Source of the DNA: Deltaproteobacteria bacterium
GTDB taxonomy: Bacteria > Myxococcota_A > UBA9042 > PHBI01
DNA length: 64,000 nt
NCBI GenBank assembly: GCA_020632715.1
Contig: JACKFA010000002.1
Coordinates: forward strand, 578,122-642,121
Direction: 5' to 3'
This document shows, piece by piece, positions 53,515 through 61,146 of the stretch. The notes below the pieces were generated by a model. It made no database searches. It had not been told where the DNA came from and worked only from the letters and a program-made list of their open reading frames with translations. A program made the position numbers and the translations under genes. How positions within the stretch are numbered: the stretch's first letter is position 1; each line of letters opens with the position of its first letter.

Positions 53515-55209
53515 TCAGCCTCGCGGTGACTCCTCCGCGCCCGCCTTCACCACGACCCAGTCGCCGATCGCGCACGCGTCGAGCCCGGTCGCGAGGAGGC
53601 ACCGGAGCGCGTCCGCGGGCGTCTCGACGAGCGGCTCCCCCGCCGCGTTGAACGACGTGTTCAGCACCATCGGGACCCCGGTCCGCGCGAGGAACGCCGC
53701 GAGCAGCCGCGCGAACGGCGAGCCGTCCGCCGGCACGGTCTGCGGGCGCGCGCTCCCGTCGACGTGCACGATCGCCGGCACGAGCGCGCGCTTCTCGGGC
53801 CGCACCGGCACGACGCGCAGCATGTACGGGCTCTCCGCCGGCCCCCGCCCGAAGTCGAAGAAGGCCGCCGCGTGCTCGGCGAGCACCGCCGGCGCGAACG
53901 GCCGGAACGCCTCACGCCGCTTCACGCGCGCGTTCAAGTGGTCCTTCGCCTCGGCGCGGCGCGGGTCGCAGAGGATGCTGCGCTGCCCGAGCGCCCGCGG
54001 GCCGAGCTCCGAGCGCCCCTGGTGCCAGCCGACCGTGAGCCCGCGCTCGAGGAGCCCGGCGACCGCGTGGGCGACGTCGCCCTCGCGCCGCGCGACCACC
54101 CCCGCGCCCGCCGGCAGCGCCGCGATCGCCGCCGCGATCTCCGCCTCGCCGTACGCGCGCCCGAGCCCGTCCCCCACGAGCGGCCCGAGCGCCCCGCCGA
54201 CCCCGAGCGCGAGCGCCCCGTGGACCCCCGCGCCGAGCGCCGTCCCCGAGTCCTCCGCCGCCGGGATCACGAACACCTCGTCGAAGAGCCCGCTCTGGAT
54301 GATGGCCTCGTTCGCGATGCCGTTCAGCCCCACGCCCCCCGCGATCGCGAGCCGCCGCGCCCCCGTGAGCGCCCGCGCGCGCGCGGCGAGGTGCAGCATC
54401 CCCGCCGTGCAGGCCGCCTGCACGCTCGCGGCGAGGTCCGCGTACGCCTCCTGGTGCGCGGGCCACGGCTCCCGGAGCCACATCGCGCGCCGCGCGCCGT
54501 CGCCGAACACGAGCCGCGGCCCCTCGAACCCGAGCCACGCCTCGGCCGGCAGCCGCGCCGTCCCGTAGGGCGCGAGCCCCATCACCTTCCCCGCGTCGAA
54601 CCACCCGCCGAACACGTGCCGCGCGACCGACTGGAACATCGTCCCGAGGCTCGCGAACGGCGCGAGCAGCGGCCGCGGGCGCCCGCGCGGTGTCGCGTCG
54701 GGGGCGAGCTGCCCGAGCTGCTTCTCGACCGCCGCGAGGCGCCCGCCCGACCACGCGTAGACGCTCGCGGTCTCGCGGCCCTCCCGGGGGCCGACGATCG
54801 CGGCGCGCTCGGCGTCGTCGAGGTCCGACACCTCCGAGCCCATGCCGTCGACGACCAGCACGGCTGCCTCGTCGTAGCCGCTCGCGAGCACCGCCGAGAG
54901 CGCGTGCGCCCGGTGGTGCCCGACGAACGCGCGCGGCACCCCCCCGAGCCGCGGGTGAAGCGCCACGCGGCAGTCCTCGGCCTCGCGCGTCCGGAGCGGG
55001 CACACCACCACCAGCTCGAGCGCCTCGACCCCGATCCCGGCCTCCCCGAGCACGTAGTCGAGCGCCCGGAACTCGCCGGCCGGCGCGAGCTTCGCCCGCT
55101 TCTCGCGCGTGAGCCGCTCCTCCTGCACCGCCACGACGAGCTCGCCGTCGCGGAAGAGGGCGGCGGCGCCGTTGTGGGAGGCCGCGAGCCCGAGGATCCA
55201 GGCGCTCAC
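53515..55209 (-). CDS. Carbamoyltransferase (NodU/CmcH family)
   Basis: Start VSAWILGLAASHNGAAALFRDGELVVAVQEERLTREK... (GTG) with a YrdC/Kae1-like N-domain and the CmcH C-domain (...VNTSFNAAGEPLVETPADALRCLL). The GTG overlaps the upstream gene's TGA (GTGA at 55206-55209). Confidence 0.8.
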   Translation of the reverse strand: MSAWILGLAASHNGAAALFRDGELVVAVQEERLTREKRAKLAPAGEFRALDYVLGEAGIGVEALELVVVCPLRTREAEDCRVALHPRLGGVPRAFVGHHRAHALSAVLASGYDEAAVLVVDGMGSEVSDLDDAERAAIVGPREGRETASVYAWSGGRLAAVEKQLGQLAPDATPRGRPRPLLAPFASLGTMFQSVARHVFGGWFDAGKVMGLAPYGTARLPAEAWLGFEGPRLVFGDGARRAMWLREPWPAHQEAYADLAASVQAACTAGMLHLAARARALTGARRLAIAGGVGLNGIANEAIIQSGLFDEVFVIPAAEDSGTALGAGVHGALALGVGGALGPLVGDGLGRAYGEAEIAAAIAALPAGAGVVARREGDVAHAVAGLLERGLTVGWHQGRSELGPRALGQRSILCDPRRAEAKDHLNARVKRREAFRPFAPAVLAEHAAAFFDFGRGPAESPYMLRVVPVRPEKRALVPAIVHVDGSARPQTVPADGSPFARLLAAFLARTGVPMVLNTSFNAAGEPLVETPADALRCLLATGLDACAIGDWVVVKAGAEESPRG

Positions 55210-56132
55210 AGCGCGTGCTCGGGCTCGACCCACCACCCGGTCAAGGACCGCCGCGTCCCCGCGGTCACGGGCTCCACGCAGTGCCACGTGTCGTTCGCCG
55301 GCGCGAAGAGGCACGCGTCGCCGAGGTGCGGCAGGAAGCGGTCGGACACGGCGAAGCCCCCGCCGGGCGACGGCTCGCCGAACGCGATGGCGCCGCCCTG
55401 CGAGGCGGTCCACCCCTCGCAGAGCCCGAGCGAGAGCGTGCCGTGGTACTGCGGCCCGTCCGGGTGGACGCCCATGTGGTCGCCCGCGCCGAGCCGCCAC
55501 GCGTTGACGACCGTCCCCGCGGGCAGCGCGCGCCCGAGCGCCGCCCCCATGAGCGCCCGGAGCGGCGCGCTCTCCATGAGGTCCCGCCACGCGCGCACCT
55601 CGTCGCCGGCGAGGAGCCGCCGGTGCGCCTTCACGAGGTCCGTCTCGAGCCGCGCCCACGGGAGCGCCTCGACGGCCTCGCCGATGGCCCGCGCCGCGTC
55701 GCGCGCGACGAGCCCCGGCAGGAGCAGGTAGCGCCGCCCCGCCGCCCCGTCCTCGGCGAGGCGCCGCCAGCGCTCCGGGTCGCGCCAGGGGGCGGCGATC
55801 GCGTCCGGCAGGCCCTCGGCGAGCGCCCAATCCGCCTCGACGGGCGCGCCGGCGCGCACGGGCGCGGGCTTCTCGCGGGTCCGCGCGGCGAACGCGCGCG
55901 CGCGCAGCGCCTCGGCGGCCGGGTCCTCGAGGAGCCCGGCCCGCGCGAGCTCGAGCTCCACGAGCCGGTCGCCGCGGTCGAGGCCGCGCCGCGCGCGCGG
56001 GCTCAGCTCGAGGAGGCGGTCCGTGAGGGGATCGAGGAGCGCGAGCCCGCCGTCGGGGCGCTCCTGAAGCAGCACCTCGCGGCGGAGGCGGTCGGCGAGG
56101 CGCGGCGGAGCATCTTCGGAGCCAGGGGCCAT
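55206..56132 (-). CDS. 2OG-Fe(II) oxygenase / cupin superfamily protein (putative hydroxylase)
   Basis: Internal start MAPGSEDAPPRLADRL.... C-terminal ...GAGDHMGVHPDGPQYHGTLSLGL...AIAFGEP...WHCVEPV resembles an HxD...H facial triad in a jelly-roll fold. Function assigned with low confidence. Confidence 0.5.
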   Translation of the reverse strand: MAPGSEDAPPRLADRLRREVLLQERPDGGLALLDPLTDRLLELSPRARRGLDRGDRLVELELARAGLLEDPAAEALRARAFAARTREKPAPVRAGAPVEADWALAEGLPDAIAAPWRDPERWRRLAEDGAAGRRYLLLPGLVARDAARAIGEAVEALPWARLETDLVKAHRRLLAGDEVRAWRDLMESAPLRALMGAALGRALPAGTVVNAWRLGAGDHMGVHPDGPQYHGTLSLGLCEGWTASQGGAIAFGEPSPGGGFAVSDRFLPHLGDACLFAPANDTWHCVEPVTAGTRRSLTGWWVEPEHAL

Positions 56133-56305
56133 GGCGCGATCATGCCACAGCTCCCCGGGCGCCGGAACGCGCCGCGGCACCGCGGAGAGCGCGGTGGGGA
56201 CGATACAATCCGACACGTTCGCGATCGCGAACCCGCCGTCCTTTCCGTTGCGAGCGCTTGCTCGGATGGCTACCGTTCCGCCGTTCGAAGCCCAGGAGAC
56301 TCGAT

Positions 56306-58771
56306 ATGCGCCGGTCGGCAGCCCTCGCAATCCTCGTCCTCGCGCTCGGCGCGTGTCAGCAGCAGGGGCTCGACCCCGCCTCCGGCGGCGGCGCCCCGGT
56401 CGGCGTCGCCGAGCTGCCCATCGTCAACGGCCAGACCGAGACGGGCTACCCCGGCGTCGGCGCGTTCGTCTCGGTGCTCCCGTTCTGGGGCTACCAGGGG
56501 GCGTTCTGCACGGGCACCCTCATCGCCCCGCAGTGGGTCCTCACGGCCGGCCACTGCCTCTCGACGCAGAGCAACGAGGGCGTCGCCCCGTCGAACACGC
56601 GCTTCATGATCGGCAACGACGCGCGCCCGAACAACGCCGGGAACCCGACGAACGGCACGCTCTACGCGGTCGACGCGTTCTACGTGCACCCGCAGTACAG
56701 CGCGAGCCAGCTCACGAACGACATCGCCATCGCGCACCTCTCGCAGGCCGTGCCGAACGCGCAGACGTTCCAGCCGAACTCGACCTACCTGAACCAGACC
56801 GGCCAGACCGGCTTCTACGTCGGCTTCGGCGCCGTCGAGGGCGTCAACTCGAGCGGCTCGGGGCTCAAGCGCTCGACGTCGTTCCCGATCACCTGGATCT
56901 ACAACGACAGCTACATCAGCGACTTCACGACCACGGGCACCTGCTTCGGCGACTCCGGCGGCCCCGGCTTCCTCAGCATCGGCGGCTCGCAGAAGATCAT
57001 CGGCATCACCTCGGCCGGCGCGGGCTGTAACCCCAACACCGACCCGAGCTGCGACCCCGACCCCTGCCGCCGCCCCACGATCCACACGCGCGTCGACCAC
57101 TACGCGACGTGGATCGCGCAGGTCACGAACAGCACGCCGCCGTCGTGCACGACGAACGCCTCGATCTGCGCCTGCGCGCAGGCCTGCCAGGCCAACGGCA
57201 CCTGCAACGACGCCGTCTGCCAGACGAACGACTGCGAGGGCGCCTACGACTGCCTCGTGAGCTGCGGCAGCAACGAGGGGTGCCAGTCGAACTGCTACAG
57301 CCAGGCCACGCCGACCGCGCAGTCGCAGATCGACGCGCTCTTCCAGTGCAGCGACAGCCACTGCGCGAACGCGTCGGGCGACGCCTACGCGACCTGCATG
57401 GGCAACCAGTGCGGGAGCCAGATCGCGGCGTGCTTCCCGGTCGGCACCGGGCCGCTCAGCTGCCGCGACGCCTACGGCTGCATGTACGACTGCGCGGACA
57501 ACGACAGCGCCTGCCAGAACGACTGCTACGAGCAGGGCACGGCGGTCGCGCAGGGGCAGCTCGACGCGATGTTCTCCTGCTTCGACGCCCAGTGCGCCAA
57601 CGCGAGCGACTTCAGCGCGTGCGCGAACCAGAACTGCGCCTCGCAGATCGACACGTGCTTCCCGACCGTCACCGGCCCCGAGTCCTGCGAGACCGTCGCG
57701 GGCTGCCTCTTCGACTGCCCCGACAACGACTCGGCCTGCGGCAACGCCTGCTACGAGAGCGGCACGGCGCAGGCGCAGGCGCAGTACGACGCCATCGTCG
57801 ACTGCGTCATCGCCAACTGCGACAACCTCACGGGCTCGGCCTACAGCCAGTGCGTCGACGACCACTGCGCGGCGCAGTACAACGCCTGCTTCCCGCCGGC
57901 GAACTGCCCCATCGTCGGCGGCGGCTGCCCGAGCGGCGAGGCCTGCTACCCGACCGGCGCGAACCAGACGGACTGCTTCCCGTCGAACAACAAGGTGCTC
58001 GGCGCCGCCTGCGCCGACACGAACACGACGCTCGACTGCGGTGACGGCGCCATCTGCGTCGACGGCACCTGCCAGCGCTTCTGCGCGAGCGACGCGAGCT
58101 GCGGCGCCGGCGCGAGCTGCGACATCCCGCTCGATCCGTCGACGCCGAACATCGGCGTGTGCGGCTGCGCCGACGCCGACAACGACGGGAGCTGCGCCGA
58201 CGTCGACTGCAACGACGGCGCGTCGGCCGTGCACCCCGGCGCCGCCGAGGCCTGCGGCAACAACGTCGACGACGACTGCAACAACCAGACGGACGAGGGC
58301 TGCGCGAGCTGCGTCGACGACGACCACGACGGCTACTGCCAGCCGGCCGACTGCAACGACGGCGACGCGGCCATCCACCCGTCGGCGACCGAGAAGTGCG
58401 GCGACAACGTCGACAACGACTGCAACTCGCAGACGGACGAGGGCTGCAACGGCTGCGTCGACGGCGACAACGACGGCTACTGCGCGCAGGTCGACTGCCG
58501 CGACGGCGACCCGGCGTCGCACCCGGGGGCGGCGGAGATCTGCGGCGACGGCATCGACCAGAACTGCAGCGGTGCTGCCGACGAGGGCTGCGGCGGCACG
58601 GGCGACCCGAACGGCGACGTCATCGGCGGCGGGGACACGACCGGCGGGAGCCAGTTCACGGGCGGCGGCAAGAGCTCGGGCGGCTGCGCCGGCGGCGGGG
58701 CGGCGCTCCCGCTCTGGATGGCCGCGGCGGCCCTCGCGCTGCTCGCCCTCGCGCGCCGTCGCCGCGCGTGA
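56306..58771 (+). CDS. Trypsin-like (S1) serine protease lipoprotein with a Cys-rich region, three MopE-like motifs and a MYXO-CTERM sorting signal
   Basis: Lipoprotein signal MRRSAALAILVLALGAC. Catalytic triad context TAGHC, DIAI, GDSGGP. Later CGNNVDDDCNNQTDEGC, CGDNVDNDCNSQTDEGC, CGDGIDQNCSGAADEGC. Ends ...GGCAGGGAALPLWMAAAALALLALARRRRA. AGGAG lies 8 nt upstream of the ATG. Confidence 0.8.
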   Translation: MRRSAALAILVLALGACQQQGLDPASGGGAPVGVAELPIVNGQTETGYPGVGAFVSVLPFWGYQGAFCTGTLIAPQWVLTAGHCLSTQSNEGVAPSNTRFMIGNDARPNNAGNPTNGTLYAVDAFYVHPQYSASQLTNDIAIAHLSQAVPNAQTFQPNSTYLNQTGQTGFYVGFGAVEGVNSSGSGLKRSTSFPITWIYNDSYISDFTTTGTCFGDSGGPGFLSIGGSQKIIGITSAGAGCNPNTDPSCDPDPCRRPTIHTRVDHYATWIAQVTNSTPPSCTTNASICACAQACQANGTCNDAVCQTNDCEGAYDCLVSCGSNEGCQSNCYSQATPTAQSQIDALFQCSDSHCANASGDAYATCMGNQCGSQIAACFPVGTGPLSCRDAYGCMYDCADNDSACQNDCYEQGTAVAQGQLDAMFSCFDAQCANASDFSACANQNCASQIDTCFPTVTGPESCETVAGCLFDCPDNDSACGNACYESGTAQAQAQYDAIVDCVIANCDNLTGSAYSQCVDDHCAAQYNACFPPANCPIVGGGCPSGEACYPTGANQTDCFPSNNKVLGAACADTNTTLDCGDGAICVDGTCQRFCASDASCGAGASCDIPLDPSTPNIGVCGCADADNDGSCADVDCNDGASAVHPGAAEACGNNVDDDCNNQTDEGCASCVDDDHDGYCQPADCNDGDAAIHPSATEKCGDNVDNDCNSQTDEGCNGCVDGDNDGYCAQVDCRDGDPASHPGAAEICGDGIDQNCSGAADEGCGGTGDPNGDVIGGGDTTGGSQFTGGGKSSGGCAGGGAALPLWMAAAALALLALARRRRA

Positions 58772-58784
58772 TAGAGCGTCGCGC

Positions 58785-59516
58785 ATGAGCCCCCGCGCGA
58801 CCAAGAAGACGAAGCTCGCGGCGGAGGTCGAGGAGCGCCTCGCGAAGGCGCTCCCGACCCCGGTCGTGGAGCTGGATTTCGACGATGCCTGGCAGCTGCT
58901 CGTCGCGACGATGCTCGCGGCGCAGAGCACCGACAAGCTCGTCAACACGGTGACCCCGAAGCTCTTCGCGCGCTGGGCGACGCCCGCGGCGCTCGCGGCG
59001 GCCGACCTCGAGGAGGTCGAGCAGGTCGTGCGCAGCACGGGCTATTACCGGCAGAAGGCCAAGGCCATCGTGACGGCCGCGCAGAAGCTCGTGGCGGACT
59101 TCGACGGCGTCGTGCCGCGCGACATCGACGCGCTCGTGACGCTCCCGGGGGTCGCGCGGAAGACGGCGAACGTCGTCATCGGCTGCGCCTACGGGCTCCC
59201 GACGGGCGTCGTCGTGGACACGCACGTCACGCGCGTCTCCGAGCGGCTCGGGCTCTCGACCGAGAAGAAGAGCGACCAGGTCGAGGCCGAGCTGATGCGC
59301 CTCTTCCCGCGGGACGCGTGGATCGCGATGAGCCACAGGCTCGTGCTCTTCGGGCGCTACCTCTGCAAGGCGAAGTCGCCGCAGTGCGCGAGCTGCCCGC
59401 TGAACGAGCTCTGCCGCGCGCGGGAGGCCGAGCCGGTGGGCCCGTGGGAGGCCCGCGCCGACGCGCTCGGGGCGCTCGTGCCGCCGCGGCCGGTCCGCGC
59501 GCCCGCCGCAGGCTGA
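58785..59516 (+). CDS. nth: Endonuclease III
   Basis: HhH-GPD motif (LVTLPGVARKTANVVIG...VDTHV) and a C-terminal [4Fe-4S] Cys cluster CKAKSPQCASCPLNELC. Confidence 0.9.
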   Translation: MSPRATKKTKLAAEVEERLAKALPTPVVELDFDDAWQLLVATMLAAQSTDKLVNTVTPKLFARWATPAALAAADLEEVEQVVRSTGYYRQKAKAIVTAAQKLVADFDGVVPRDIDALVTLPGVARKTANVVIGCAYGLPTGVVVDTHVTRVSERLGLSTEKKSDQVEAELMRLFPRDAWIAMSHRLVLFGRYLCKAKSPQCASCPLNELCRAREAEPVGPWEARADALGALVPPRPVRAPAAG

Positions 59517-59587
59517 GGTCGCTCGGATACGCCGCGACGGTCGAAATCGTTGACGCGAGCGGAGCGCTTTGGCGATGGTCCCGCGCG

Positions 59588-61048
59588 ATGCGTACCCGAC
59601 CCGCCGTGAAGCCCCTCCTCGCGCTCCTCGCGCTCGCCTCGCTCTCCGCCGCCGCCGCGTGTGGCGACGACGGCGGCGCGAGCGGCTTCGTCGCGGACAC
59701 GGCCTCCGCCGCGGACGCGGACACGGCCTCCGCCGCGGACACCGCCGCCGCCGACGCGGTCGCCGACGCCGCCTCCGACGCCGACGCGGTCGCCGACGCC
59801 GACGCCGACGCCGACGCCGCCGCCGCGGACACCGCCACCGTCGCCGACACCGCCACCGTCGCCGACACCGCCACCGCCTCCGACGCCGCCTCCGACGCCG
59901 CCACCGACACCTCGAAGGCCGACACGAGCGCCACCGCCGACACGGACACCGCCGGCCCCGCCACCGGCTGCCCGCGCGCGCTCCGCCCCGCCGAGGGCGC
60001 CCGGTACTTCGTGGTCTCCTACCCCTACGACGTCGACGAGGCCCTCGGCTACGGCTACCGCGTCGGCACCCTCGCCGCCGACGGCGCGAGCATCGACATC
60101 GCGGGCGAGCGCTTCCGCCTCGGCGACCGCGCCTACTTCGGCAAGATCGTCTTCACCCCCGACGGCGAGATCGGCGTCGTCGCCACCGATCGCGGGAAGC
60201 TCGCGGTCTTCTCCCTCGACGCGGCCGGCCACCCGACCGTCGTCCACGCGGCGCTCGACGCGGGCATGTACGCCGGCACCCTCGAGATGGCCCCGGACGG
60301 CGCCCAGGTCTACGTCGCCGACACCGAGTGGCCGAACACCGGCGGCGGCATCTACGCGGTCCCCATCGGCTGCGACGGCACCCTCGGCGAGGCGCGCCTC
60401 GTGCTCTCGGCGAAGCTCCCGAACGGCTTCCGCCTCGTCCCCGGCGACCCGAGCCGCGGCGTCCTCATGGGCCTCGAGCTCGCCGGCGCCCCCGCGGGCG
60501 CCACGGCCCACCTCCTCGACGTCGGCGCGACGCCGACCGCGCGCCTCGCGAGCCTCGACGTCTTCGGCGACACCGCGTTCGTCCTCGGCGGCGCGACCTT
60601 CACGGGCGACGGTGCCTACTACCTCGCCGGCGACATCAACGAGCTCGAGAACGGCGACCGCCTCGCCATCGTGCCGCGCGACGGCGCCGCGCTCGGGCCC
60701 GCCACCGTCCTCACGGTGCGCGACCCCATCGACGTCGTCCCGTCGCCCTACGGCCGCGCCGCCATGGTGGTCAGCGGCTACGGGAACAAGGTCGTCTACG
60801 TGCATCAGGACGCCGGCGGCGCCTGGGTCGCCGACGAGCCGCCCGCCTTCGTCGGGGCCCGCCCGCAGCTCCCCGCCGCCGCCGCCGTCGTCACGCGCGG
60901 CGCCGCGAAGGGCGCGGTCGTCCTCGCCGAGAACGTCGCCGTCCGCCTCATGCGCTTCTCCCCCGAGGGCGGCGTCGTCGACGTCGGCGCCGTCGGCACG
61001 GGGGGCGGCAACGCCGGCATCGTGGGGATCCTCGGGCTCCAGCCGTGA
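59588..61048 (+). CDS. Lipoprotein with a low-complexity Asp/Ala/Thr linker and a beta-propeller-like domain. Hypothetical, possibly lactonase-like.
   Basis: Lipoprotein signal MRTRPAVKPLLALLALASLSAAAAC, then (ADTAS/ADA)n low complexity, then repeated beta-strand blocks (VYVADTEWPNTGGGIYAVPIG...). Confidence 0.55.
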   Translation: MRTRPAVKPLLALLALASLSAAAACGDDGGASGFVADTASAADADTASAADTAAADAVADAASDADAVADADADADAAAADTATVADTATVADTATASDAASDAATDTSKADTSATADTDTAGPATGCPRALRPAEGARYFVVSYPYDVDEALGYGYRVGTLAADGASIDIAGERFRLGDRAYFGKIVFTPDGEIGVVATDRGKLAVFSLDAAGHPTVVHAALDAGMYAGTLEMAPDGAQVYVADTEWPNTGGGIYAVPIGCDGTLGEARLVLSAKLPNGFRLVPGDPSRGVLMGLELAGAPAGATAHLLDVGATPTARLASLDVFGDTAFVLGGATFTGDGAYYLAGDINELENGDRLAIVPRDGAALGPATVLTVRDPIDVVPSPYGRAAMVVSGYGNKVVYVHQDAGGAWVADEPPAFVGARPQLPAAAAVVTRGAAKGAVVLAENVAVRLMRFSPEGGVVDVGAVGTGGGNAGIVGILGLQP

Positions 61049-61146
61049 CCTGAGCCGCTCAGCGATTGTGCGCTGCACAATCGCCGAGCATTGCTCAGCA
61101 GGCCGCTTCGGGCTGATTCTATGCTGCGCTGCACAAGCGCGTCGAC

